A stretch of 64,000 bases of DNA from a virus: UHGV virus genome UHGV-0134778. One strand, written 5' to 3'. The notes beneath the pieces were generated by a model that worked only from the letters and a program-made list of their open reading frames with translations, was not told the DNA's origin and searched no databases. Positions 26,121-34,040 of the stretch are shown here, one piece after another (position 1 is the stretch's first letter; each line of letters opens with the position of its first letter). The position numbers and the translations under genes are program-made.

Positions 26121-26171
26121 GGCGTTTTCTCCTTTTGTGTGTTCTGGGAAGTTTTCCCGTTTACGTGTTTA

Positions 26172-26199
26172 AGTATACCGATTCAGATTAGCTTGTCAA
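26172..26199 (-). promoter_or_regulatory. sigma70-type promoter
   Basis: Minus strand TTGACA (26194-26199), 16 nt, TATACT (26172-26177). Confidence 0.55.
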
Positions 26200-26319
26200 T
26201 TAAAAATTTAAGAAAAATTTTGCAAAACTGTTAGCGCTACTCATTAACATTTGCGCCAGGATGTACCCGACAACGCAAACGATAATAGTTACCTTTGTGT
26301 ATTGGCGTGTAGTGCTCAT
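26200..26319 (-). CDS. micro-protein, hydrophobic (39 aa)
   Basis: ATG after AAGGGGGC; lies in the leader of the transcript from 45-bp element copy 3; VTIIVCVVGYILAQML is a membrane segment. Confidence 0.35.
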   Translation of the reverse strand: MSTTRQYTKVTIIVCVVGYILAQMLMSSANSFAKFFLNF

Positions 26320-26354
26320 CTTAAAGCCCCCTTTTTTCGCTTAACTGAGATTAA

Positions 26355-26399
26355 TTTACTTTATTGATGGCCCTGGAGTCAAGGCCATCTAAAAATAAA
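26355..26399 (-). promoter_or_regulatory. 45-bp conserved promoter/operator element, copy 3
   Basis: Identical 45-mer immediately after the stop of 26401..26805 and upstream of micro-ORF 26200..26319. Confidence 0.5.
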
Positions 26400-26400
26400 C

Positions 26401-26805
26401 TTAGTAAGTTTTCAGTACTTTCCCGTCCAACCTGTCAAGCTGAATCTCGATAGCTGCAGAAAACCTATTGTACACCACGTCGCCCATGGAATCCAACCAG
26501 TCTATGACGTTATATACTTGCTCTTTGTTCTTGCAGGTCCGGATCCGTTTCATGATGTAAGCCGGATCAATATTGGTACTTTCGTTAGTGTTCCCCTGTA
26601 CCTGATTTGCCGTATTAGTTACATCTTTAATGGCCTTTACCACCACCTGGAAGGGCTTTAAGGTGCCTTTTGCGTTCATCTCACGCGCTTTTGCGGCGCG
26701 GTTGTTATATGTTACACAACGGCGGCAAATGTTCACCAAATGCATGTCAATAATTTTTTCATCGTTTGCCAGTTCGTTCATGATGCGGCGTACGTTCTTA
26801 TTCAT
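26401..26805 (-). CDS. hypothetical protein
   Basis: 134 aa; leader hairpin 26825-26843; RBS AAAGGAAAAAG. Confidence 0.5.
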   Translation of the reverse strand: MNKNVRRIMNELANDEKIIDMHLVNICRRCVTYNNRAAKAREMNAKGTLKPFQVVVKAIKDVTNTANQVQGNTNESTNIDPAYIMKRIRTCKNKEQVYNVIDWLDSMGDVVYNRFSAAIEIQLDRLDGKVLKTY

Positions 26806-26887
26806 GATCTTTTTCCTTTGTGTTGGCGGGAAACATTCCCGCCTTTTGTGACTAGTTTACTTGAATTTTGCAGCGTGTCAACAATTT

Positions 26888-27286
26888 TTATTCGTGGGCG
26901 CATGTTACAATGTGCTTTTTATAGCCCAGGTGGTTAGCAAGTGCCGACAAAAACTCTTCTTCATAGATCCAGCCGTTGGCAGTGATCCCCATAGCATTTA
27001 ATGCGCTCTCAAGTGCTGCATTAGCTTTATCGTAGCCGTGACCGCTCGCCTTCCCGCCAGTATAACCGTACTTATTGTTCTTGTTGTCGTGAATCCAAAA
27101 AACGCAGTATTGAGTGTTCCCGCTGGCGGCGGCATAATACCGGATCTCAGCTACTTCGTGCAAATTATTGTCATCGTCCAGGCCCACCAGATTATAAGCC
27201 TTGTAAAATCCACGATCACGGCGGCAGTTCTTGACATCAGAAAAAGAAAAGTCCGCATTATCAAAATTAAAGGTAGTGGTTTTCAT
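26888..27286 (-). CDS. hypothetical protein
   Basis: 132 aa; promoter 27319-27347 and RBS AAGAGGA. Confidence 0.5.
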   Translation of the reverse strand: MKTTTFNFDNADFSFSDVKNCRRDRGFYKAYNLVGLDDDNNLHEVAEIRYYAAASGNTQYCVFWIHDNKNNKYGYTGGKASGHGYDKANAALESALNAMGITANGWIYEEEFLSALANHLGYKKHIVTCAHE

Positions 27287-27318
27287 GATTTTATCCTCTT
27301 AGTGTCTTTTGTGCTTTT

Positions 27319-27347
27319 AGTGTATTTGGTGTCGGACTATATGTCAA
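27319..27347 (-). promoter_or_regulatory. sigma70-type promoter
   Basis: Minus strand TTGACA (27342-27347), 17 nt, TACACT (27319-27324). Confidence 0.5.
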
Positions 27348-27350
27348 TAC

Positions 27351-27548
27351 TTATTTTTTATTAAACCAGTGGTTGATCTGTCCTTTTGTCAGGGCGCAAC
27401 GATTAAGCTGTTGCCGGGTATAGCTCTGACCGCGACGGAATTTATAAAGGCCTTGCCCGTTGTTGATGGTTACGTCCACCTGGCAAATCATTTGATCGGT
27501 GACGGCCTGGCGAGTGTTGCGACGTACTTTAATTCCGTAGGCGTTCAT
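27351..27548 (-). CDS. hypothetical protein
   Basis: 65 aa; RBS AGAGAGGA. Confidence 0.45.
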   Translation of the reverse strand: MNAYGIKVRRNTRQAVTDQMICQVDVTINNGQGLYKFRRGQSYTRQQLNRCALTKGQINHWFNKK

Positions 27549-27966
27549 GATTTTTATCCTCTCTGTTAATTAGTGTGGTGTTGTTCACCTTGCGAGGATA
27601 AGAATAACAGAACTATCCGAGCTGTCAACCGTTAGTTAGAATTATTTTTTGGGCAGAATTCTCCAGCCGCCGCCACTGCCAGGTTAACCATCATTTTTTC
27701 GTACTCTTCTTTATGTTCCAACGCTCCCGCCATAGCCTTTTCAACCAGGGTGATAGCCTCAGCGTCATTAATCGCTACATTTCCAGGGGATCAAATTACC
27801 TTTCATTTTTGTACCTCCTCTTCAATTGTTACCTGCCCTGTAGCATAGGCCTACCAGGTTTGCAAGTTTTCACTCTCTCCTACCTGGTCAGTCAGGTCCT
27901 GCCAGGCTGGCCCCGCCAGGTTGCAGCGGTTGGTGCATTATGTTAGAAAAAATTTTTGAAGAAGTG

Positions 27967-27995
27967 TTGACAGCGGCCCCGCCAGGTGGCACAAT
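27967..27995 (+). promoter_or_regulatory. promoter-like element on the opposite strand to the flanking genes
   Basis: Perfect TTGACA (27967-27972), 17 nt, weak -10 CACAAT; followed ~35 nt later by the 17-nt motif at 28031-28047. Confidence 0.35.
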
Positions 27996-28030
27996 ATACC
28001 TATCGAAAGGACGGCAGGCACCGGTGACGG

Positions 28031-28047
28031 GGGAGACAACCACCGGG
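28031..28047 (+). repeat. 17-nt motif GGGAGACAA(C/T)CACCGGG, copy b
   Basis: Matches 28165-28181 and, in reverse complement, 19045-19061; each copy is 23-35 nt downstream of a promoter -10. Confidence 0.5.
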
Positions 28048-28110
28048 GATAGGCGCTGCATAAAATGAGAACGGTTATCATTATCATTTAAAAATTTATG
28101 CAAAAAATCC

Positions 28111-28141
28111 TTGCTTTCTTTGTCCTGTGTGATACTATAAT
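28111..28141 (+). promoter_or_regulatory. promoter-like element on the opposite strand to the flanking genes
   Basis: TTGCTT, then perfect TATAAT at 28136-28141 (19-nt spacer; alternative extended -10 TGATACTAT); followed 23 nt later by the 17-nt motif at 28165-28181. Confidence 0.35.
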
Positions 28142-28164
28142 AACAAGCCGGGGCAACAGGGGCC

Positions 28165-28181
28165 GGGAGACAATCACCGGG
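28165..28181 (+). repeat. 17-nt motif GGGAGACAA(C/T)CACCGGG, copy c
   Basis: GGGAGACAATCACCGGG; followed by GAGAATGATTATCATT, similar to the GAGAACGGTTATCATT after copy b. Confidence 0.5.
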
Positions 28182-28428
28182 GGTGCCCGTTATTCTGCAA
28201 ACGAGAATGATTATCATTCAAAATTCTAAATGAGAACTCCTCGCATTTAATAAATTTAATTAGCATGCTAATTACCCTCCGTAACAATTTCCTATAAAAC
28301 AATATCTCATAAAATATTCCCATATATAAATTTTAAAAATCCATTTCTGAAAACGAAAAATCGATTTCGTCCCCAAAAATTTTAGGTCGAGCGCCGGAAC
28401 GATTTCCAGAAAATCTGATTCAGAAAAC

Positions 28429-28511
28429 GAAAAACAGATCGAGTACTAAGAAATTTATCGAGAAAAATTTTCAGAAAATCAGGTATTTGAAATGAAAAAC
28501 AGATCGAGTAC
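28429..28511. repeat. tandem ~65-bp imperfect duplication containing an 18-bp perfect repeat
   Basis: GAAAAACAGATCGAGTAC at 28429-28446 and 28494-28511; units begin TTCCAGAAAATC (28404) and TTCAGAAAATC (28470); degenerate third copy near 28346. Confidence 0.55.
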
Positions 28512-28633
28512 CGAGAGAGATGTGCCGAAACTTTCTGATAGGTAATGGACTTATTGTTATAAAAGGTCAGAGGTAAGCTGGGAAAGTTCTGGTAGAAGGG
28601 TGAGAGTATGTGCGGAAAATCTGGAATAGTGAC

Positions 28634-28822
28634 TTAAAGTACGGTGCGAACGATAGAATGAGCAGCACAGCTTATCGTGCCTGTCTTGAAAAAATCCATT
28701 TTAGTTTTCGATCCATTTTCTGATTTTCTAAGAATTTTAAAATATCCGGCCAGGTGAAATATCAAAAGGAGGAAATCCATTTTAGAAATCCTCCTTATGT
28801 TTGATGTGCCAGGGATTTTCAA
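28634..28822 (-). CDS. questionable small ORF in a repeat-rich island
   Basis: 62-aa ORF with an internal AAGGAGG + ATG at 28779-28781 that would give a shorter product; overlaps direct repeats and a hairpin, so coding status is uncertain. Confidence 0.25.
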   Translation of the reverse strand: MKIPGTSNIRRISKMDFLLLIFHLAGYFKILRKSENGSKTKMDFFKTGTISCAAHSIVRTVL

Positions 28823-28825
28823 GTA

Positions 28826-29155
28826 TCAACTATCTTTGTTTTTAGGCTTGTACATGCGTAGAGGTATAGTCTTTGTAACATTCCATCTCCCCAACCCTTC
28901 CCAGTTCCAATTGTGAGCGTGATACCCGGTTATGCATGCACTGCTGGCGTGATCATAAGCATAAGAGAACGCTATGCGAACCAGGTGGGGCCAGTCTTTC
29001 CACGGCTGTGGCCCGTAAGCCTTTCTCCAACACCGACACAAACTAAATGTCTCAAGAATAGGCAGGATAACAAATCCATACACCACCACCAAGATGATCA
29101 GCGCAATGATTGTCAGGAATACATACCCTGCAGTTGAAATAATGATCTCTGTCAT
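28826..29155 (-). CDS. membrane protein
   Basis: N-terminal transmembrane segments (VFLTIIALIILVVVYGFVILPIL). Confidence 0.5.
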   Translation of the reverse strand: MTEIIISTAGYVFLTIIALIILVVVYGFVILPILETFSLCRCWRKAYGPQPWKDWPHLVRIAFSYAYDHASSACITGYHAHNWNWEGLGRWNVTKTIPLRMYKPKNKDS

Positions 29156-29355
29156 TTGTCATCCCCTTTCTTACGGATATAGATGTGAGAGCCTGCTTGT
29201 ACATAAATTTCCCGACCATCTTCTGCAAAGATGTGGAATACACGGTCGCCTTCGTATTCAATACGGGATATCTTCATAACGGTCTTCCCACCCGGGATGC
29301 GGATCTCATCACCAACAGCAATGTTCCATGCAGATTTAAGCTTAAACATCTGCAC
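29152..29355 (-). CDS. hypothetical protein
   Basis: 67 aa; ATGA overlap. Confidence 0.45.
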   Translation of the reverse strand: MQMFKLKSAWNIAVGDEIRIPGGKTVMKISRIEYEGDRVFHIFAEDGREIYVQAGSHIYIRKKGDDK

Positions 29356-29587
29356 CCTCCTTTGGGAGCTCTAACTCTGGCATAGCCATATACGCCACAA
29401 CAGGGTTGTAATCAAAGTAGAAATGACCGTTAATTATCCCAGTTTTGTGGGCATAGTCACCAGATCCCGCAAGAACAATTTCGCAAACTCCGAAATCCAC
29501 CTTGCCACTCTCATCTGCCATGGCTACAATATACTTTCCTAGAGGCATGTTTTTAACGCCGTCTACAAATGTCCACCCTTTGTTCAT
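29342..29587 (-). CDS. hypothetical protein
   Basis: 81-aa ORF. Confidence 0.5.
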   Translation of the reverse strand: MNKGWTFVDGVKNMPLGKYIVAMADESGKVDFGVCEIVLAGSGDYAHKTGIINGHFYFDYNPVVAYMAMPELELPKEGADV

Positions 29588-29607
29588 ACTTTATCTCCTG
29601 CACTTTC

Positions 29608-29940
29608 TTAAGGTAACCAGTAAACAATCTCGCCCTTCAGCTTCATGTCGTTTCCAACATAGATTTCCCAGCCATCCATCTTAGCAACTGTAGGCCCAAA
29701 GTCATCCGCACCCCTTACCTCTTTCCAGGCTCCGTAGTCAGGTTGCCAGATATAGAATCCACCTTCTTTGTCCCATGCTCCGTACACTACGTTTAACAGG
29801 TTTCCCATTGCAACAATGGTGGGCCGTGGGAATAATACATCTACAGATGCGCCACAATTTCGGGTATCTTTTAAGTTGCAATCCCAAAAGATGTCTGCCA
29901 GTGTGGCGGCGATAGCTTTACGTCTTTCTAATGTTACCAT
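29608..29940 (-). CDS. hypothetical protein
   Basis: 110-aa ORF. Confidence 0.5.
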   Translation of the reverse strand: MVTLERRKAIAATLADIFWDCNLKDTRNCGASVDVLFPRPTIVAMGNLLNVVYGAWDKEGGFYIWQPDYGAWKEVRGADDFGPTVAKMDGWEIYVGNDMKLKGEIVYWLP

Positions 29941-29950
29941 AGCACAATAC

Positions 29951-30142
29951 TCACTTGTTGTTAAGAAGTTCTAATGCTTTCTGTTTTACTTTATCAAGAT
30001 CTGTTGATTCAAAAACTGTGCGATATCCCCAACTTTGCCCATAGGAGTAACTGCAATCTCCGTAACACCATTGCTCAATTTGATAGTATTCAAGGAATGG
30101 GTGCTGTCTAACTATGATACCGTCTCGATTAAAAATTACCAT
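29951..30142 (-). CDS. hypothetical protein
   Basis: 63-aa ORF. Confidence 0.45.
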   Translation of the reverse strand: MVIFNRDGIIVRQHPFLEYYQIEQWCYGDCSYSYGQSWGYRTVFESTDLDKVKQKALELLNNK

Positions 30143-30205
30143 AATGTATCCCTCTCTGCTGGTTTATGTTTGTATTATACACCGCAGTTTTCAGATGTCA
30201 ATCTT

Positions 30206-30400
30206 TTACAGGTTACTCCAGTATAATCGGCATTTACATTTTGGGCAATGAGGTTCTTTTATGTAATAGCCGTCAGTCTTTGGAACACTTTTTGGTGCAG
30301 TTTTAAGATTGTACCGAGTAAAACACCGGAAGCATGTTACCTCTCCGACCTGTTGATCGTTGATCCACTCACCAGAGTAAAGCTCTTTCTTGTTTCTCAT
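30206..30400 (-). CDS. small zinc-ribbon-like protein
   Basis: CxxC...CxxC pattern (CFRCF...CPKCKC); start at the ATG after GGAGAG. Confidence 0.4.
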   Translation of the reverse strand: MRNKKELYSGEWINDQQVGEVTCFRCFTRYNLKTAPKSVPKTDGYYIKEPHCPKCKCRLYWSNL

Positions 30401-30402
30401 AA

Positions 30403-30597
30403 TTATCTCTCCAATCCTCTGCAATCTTCTACCAGAATCTCCAGCCAGAAAGCACACGGGAACACTTTGAGGATTGAATCTTTACTCGGTTCGGAAGTTC
30501 TTTTTCCATAGGGCAGGTAGAAATACCCTCCTGCAGATTCAAACATGGCTCCTTCTGTTGTATCTATCACAGCTAGAATTAAGATTTTAGTCTCCAT
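30403..30597 (-). CDS. hypothetical protein
   Basis: 64 aa; promoter 30627-30655 and RBS AGGGGAAC. Confidence 0.45.
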   Translation of the reverse strand: METKILILAVIDTTEGAMFESAGGYFYLPYGKRTSEPSKDSILKVFPCAFWLEILVEDCRGLER

Positions 30598-30626
30598 AGT
30601 GTTCCCCTGTCTTAGTCATTGTGGTG

Positions 30627-30655
30627 ACTATACCACCTCAAACTCCGGCTGTCAA
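30627..30655 (-). promoter_or_regulatory. sigma70-type promoter
   Basis: Minus strand TTGACA (30650-30655), 17 nt, TATAGT (30627-30632). Confidence 0.55.
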
Positions 30656-31110
30656 CACTCTTTGTACTCCACCACGATAATATCTATATCAAAAGTGGCA
30701 AGGTTAATAACGTCCTCCACGTGTCCCCACTTCAAGCCGCCTATGCCGCACCCAATCTTAGGTATGTAGAATGGTAAAGTCGATCTCTTGAATATCTCAT
30801 TTACTCGCTCAAAGCCTTTCAGAATTGAGAAATACTCAGCATTAGGTCCTGGGTAGAACTGAGTGTATAGATTGATTCCGTATACAATACCTTTCGGAGA
30901 TAAGTGCTCCCACCGAGAGAACGCTCCTAGCTTACTTAGGCAACCGTAGGTAGTCGTTTTGTCAGCCGCCAATGCTTGAGGGAACTCACGGGAAATTTGT
31001 TTTGCTACACCCTTACCCATTGTGTGGAAGCAGTTACAACCGTGGATCAGGTGACCAGCACCGCTCTTAAAAAGGGAGATTAGATCTCCCTCTACAGTAT
31101 CAATAATCAC
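30652..31110 (-). CDS. Macro-domain (ADP-ribose binding/processing) protein
   Basis: IVIIDTVEGDL..LIHGCNCF..GKGVAKQI...IPKIGCGIGG follows the Macro-domain motif order (GDIT-like strand, NAAN-like, GGGV-like, G[IV][FY]G-like). Start is uncertain: GTG at 31108-31110, ATG at 31189-31191 or track start 31209. Confidence 0.55.
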   Translation of the reverse strand: MIIDTVEGDLISLFKSGAGHLIHGCNCFHTMGKGVAKQISREFPQALAADKTTTYGCLSKLGAFSRWEHLSPKGIVYGINLYTQFYPGPNAEYFSILKGFERVNEIFKRSTLPFYIPKIGCGIGGLKWGHVEDVINLATFDIDIIVVEYKEC

Positions 31111-31525
31111 GATATGCCAGCTCCTCTTCCACAATTTCAAAAAACTCAGTCCAGCACTGTGGCATATTAGAGTTACCGAAGTGGCTTTCATAGTAAAGGT
31201 TCTCACCACTCGGAAGATAGAAATCTGTTACCTCGTAGAATCCACAATCGTCGCACTCACCTTCTTCAAACTTGGCCTCAACCTTAATACCGAGGAAGGT
31301 GAAAAGTTTATGAATATCTTCAGTTTCGAACTCCCAGTGAATGTTGTTTTCCGCATCGGTGTAGAACTGGATCAGCAGACCATTGTCCAGTTTACCAAAA
31401 TACTCTGTGAAGTAACTCCCTTCCCAGAAATCTTTATGACAAATAATATCCATGCGTTTGCCCATAATAATGGTGTGAGCGTTTTGGGCATCGTCACGAA
31501 TCAGTTTTGGCATTTCATAGATCAT
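31100..31525 (-). CDS. hypothetical acidic protein
   Basis: 141-aa ORF. Confidence 0.5.
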   Translation of the reverse strand: MIYEMPKLIRDDAQNAHTIIMGKRMDIICHKDFWEGSYFTEYFGKLDNGLLIQFYTDAENNIHWEFETEDIHKLFTFLGIKVEAKFEEGECDDCGFYEVTDFYLPSGENLYYESHFGNSNMPQCWTEFFEIVEEELAYRDY

Positions 31526-31593
31526 CTTAGTTCTCCGGGTTCAACAGGTGGTGGCGCTATAGGAAGATCATAAAACATGGCGATCACATTCTC

Positions 31594-31791
31594 TTACGCA
31601 GGAATTGCTTCAAACAGGCCGTTATCGATACCATCCTTCAAGTAAAGATTATACTCTATGTCAGTATCTGTGTAAAGGGCAGCATCTAGCATTCTATCTG
31701 TGAGTCCATCCATTGGGTGGAGAAACCACCACCCACGCCAGTCAAAGTAACAACCTGGTGCATCTTCTCTCACACGGATTCGATAAATCAT
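31594..31791 (-). CDS. hypothetical protein
   Basis: 65 aa; promoter 31863-31891 and RBS AGGAGG. Confidence 0.45.
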   Translation of the reverse strand: MIYRIRVREDAPGCYFDWRGWWFLHPMDGLTDRMLDAALYTDTDIEYNLYLKDGIDNGLFEAIPA

Positions 31792-31862
31792 GGGCAGTGG
31801 CCTCCTGTTAGTTACACATCCCAGTTTTCTTCGTTCATCACATCCTCCAGCTCTACAAGGTT

Positions 31863-31891
31863 ATAATTGCACACCTTCCAACCAGTGTCAA
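31863..31891 (-). promoter_or_regulatory. sigma70-type promoter
   Basis: Minus strand TTGACA (31886-31891), 17 nt, AATTAT (31863-31868). Confidence 0.45.
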
Positions 31892-32304
31892 CAGAAAACT
31901 TCAACAAATTCTTCCACAGTTTTAATGTCGTGGGAAAAAGGTTTGCGGCTATAACGGGCAATAGCACTGTCAACCACCTCCCGGTACTCCAAATCTCCAG
32001 AATATTTCATGAAGCATTGCAGAGTCTCCGGACAGATAGCCAGATAGCTCCACCACCCCTCTTCGGATTGGTAGTCAAATCCCATGCTCTCCAGCCACGA
32101 AGCGTATACACCTGCACCTTCCAGCCAGTGAGTATTTTCATCAAGGAACTTGTTAACAGTCATGTGAGCTTCTAAGCATTTATCCAGCTCTTTTCCGTTA
32201 ACCAGCCACGCACTGACAGTGGCACATCCAAGGTCCACAGATTGAGTTGATAAATTGTATTGATCATAGTTCTCAGGTTTAACAATGATATCTTCTAATG
32301 TCAT
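31888..32304 (-). CDS. hypothetical protein
   Basis: 138-aa ORF. Confidence 0.5.
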   Translation of the reverse strand: MTLEDIIVKPENYDQYNLSTQSVDLGCATVSAWLVNGKELDKCLEAHMTVNKFLDENTHWLEGAGVYASWLESMGFDYQSEEGWWSYLAICPETLQCFMKYSGDLEYREVVDSAIARYSRKPFSHDIKTVEEFVEVFC

Positions 32305-32366
32305 TTTTCAGGCCTCTTTATACAAAAATGCCCCACCCTTTCGGGCAGGGCTATGTTAACTAGATG

Positions 32367-33593
32367 TTAAAAAGGGATGTCATCATCAAAGGTGTACTGT
32401 GCCGGATTCTGATCCATCGGGTCGTCTTCCCCATCATCTACAGGAGGAGCGTCTACAGTGTTTTGCTGTGGAGAGGCTTCCTGTTTGGCAGCTTGAGGTT
32501 CTTGATGGTCAGTGGTCCCAGCACCGTTCTTGATCCAATCATACAACGGTTCAGCAAGATTAGTCAAGACATCTTTTGCCTCTGCAGTAATTGCTACTGC
32601 AAAATCATCAACTTTCGTTTTCTTGTCAATACGGCGACAAGCGTTCAATACCGCATTACCAACACTGGCACCTACTTCATCTTCAGTTCGGTTGGTGGCT
32701 TGAGCGTACTCTTTCTTAAGCTCGATGGTGACCACGTGCAGTGTTTTAGCCACATCTAAAGGGCTGTCAATCTTAAACCCGCGATCCAGGATGATCTGCA
32801 ATGCATTGATACTGTGCCCTGTCTCTACACCGATGGGGTCGTAAGAGGATTTACGCTTACCACCAGAACCTTGTGTACCGTTCTCTGCTTTAGGCGGGTA
32901 GGCCTTGAAGCCGCTGATAATATTCCCGGTATCTTTGTCAACAATAGCCGCAACACGACCGCCAACCACCAGGTCTTTAAGCTGCTCATCGGAGACAACC
33001 ATAGCACCTTCGCCAATCTTGTGGTCATTGACAGTAACCACGTTACCAACAATCTGAGTCACATCACCATAGATGCGTAAAACGTCCTGATTGGCATTCT
33101 GCTGAGGTTTCTGCTTCTGGCCTTGTGATTGTGTGCCTTGTTGCTGTTTTTGTTGCTGTGGAGCTGCTGGAGCCTCTCCTGCCCCCAGCTTAACCATTTT
33201 AGCCAATGAGCCTTTGTAGTAGGTCTTACCGTTATGCTCATTTGCCTTTAAAGGGATATTTACGATCCATCCTGGCGTTACTGTTTCCCACTTGTCATCA
33301 ATTTTAACAGAGACGGAATCTTGATGACCTGGTTTGAGCAATTTATCACCCATGCTGATCCAAACTTCTTCACCACCTTGGAGTAGGTTATCAGAAGAAT
33401 CCAGCTCAGAAATCAGTAAAGAGATGGTGTGGCTGGACTCAATTTTCTTACCTTGCCACACAGTGGTTTTAATACCTGTTGTGGGATCAGCACCTTTGAT
33501 TGGCTTGATGCTGACACGTTTAATCATACCGTGAGCCAGTAAAACAGTTTCACGAGGATTCATCGGGTTGGCAAATTGTTGAATAACGCTCAT
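32367..33593 (-). CDS. SSB-like single-stranded DNA-binding protein with canonical acidic C-terminal tail
   Basis: Ends ...DDGEDDPMDQNPAQYTFDDDIPF; DDDIPF is identical to the E. coli SSB C-terminal hexapeptide. Gln-rich linker; start at the ATG coupled to the upstream stop (TAATG). Sits next to the replication genes. Confidence 0.55.
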   Translation of the reverse strand: MSVIQQFANPMNPRETVLLAHGMIKRVSIKPIKGADPTTGIKTTVWQGKKIESSHTISLLISELDSSDNLLQGGEEVWISMGDKLLKPGHQDSVSVKIDDKWETVTPGWIVNIPLKANEHNGKTYYKGSLAKMVKLGAGEAPAAPQQQKQQQGTQSQGQKQKPQQNANQDVLRIYGDVTQIVGNVVTVNDHKIGEGAMVVSDEQLKDLVVGGRVAAIVDKDTGNIISGFKAYPPKAENGTQGSGGKRKSSYDPIGVETGHSINALQIILDRGFKIDSPLDVAKTLHVVTIELKKEYAQATNRTEDEVGASVGNAVLNACRRIDKKTKVDDFAVAITAEAKDVLTNLAEPLYDWIKNGAGTTDHQEPQAAKQEASPQQNTVDAPPVDDGEDDPMDQNPAQYTFDDDIPF

Positions 33594-33958
33594 TATTTGT
33601 CTCCTTGTTCTTCGTTGGTGTTTGCTGTGTGTGCAAACCCTGCTTGAATTAATTTGTCCTGCACTTGAGCCAACAGGCCCATTGCAAAACTTGTCGTCCC
33701 AGAAAGGGCCATTAGCATATCTCGTTGCTGAGCTACCCAACCTAAGGCATAATCCAAACGACGATATTTTTCTTCTTCGCGCAGAGCCTGGAATAACTGT
33801 TCAGCCTCTGGTTGTTGTGTGAGCTCCTGAAGTCTCCCCATGAAAGAAGAAAGTACCAGCAGAAGAGACACTTGATCTTTGCTTAACCCTAAGAAAAATT
33901 CTTGAGGTTGTTCTTGCTCGTTCATCGCAACCGACGTTTGATCGTTCATTTGTTCCAT
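33593..33958 (-). CDS. hypothetical protein
   Basis: Start at the ATG after GGAG (MEQMNDQ...); the track ORF is longer. Confidence 0.45.
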   Translation of the reverse strand: MEQMNDQTSVAMNEQEQPQEFFLGLSKDQVSLLLVLSSFMGRLQELTQQPEAEQLFQALREEEKYRRLDYALGWVAQQRDMLMALSGTTSFAMGLLAQVQDKLIQAGFAHTANTNEEQGDK

Positions 33959-34040
33959 TGTGGAATCTCCGATTTTATTTGAACAACATAAAGGAGACAC
34001 CATTTTAGCATCTCCTTCTGTAAATTACAACAGGTATTTG

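Noticed and set aside
28065-28233. Ile-rich 8-codon ORFs (MRTVIIII, MIIIQNSK) as attenuation leader peptides
   Set aside because: Not rejected outright but not annotated: there is no convincing Shine-Dalgarno site, and the conservation is at the nucleotide level (GAGAAYGRTTATCATT), so the peptides may be incidental.
28404-28531. CRISPR array
   Set aside because: The repeats are a two-copy tandem duplication of about 65 bp plus degenerate copies, not a regular array of 28-37-bp repeats with unique spacers of similar length.
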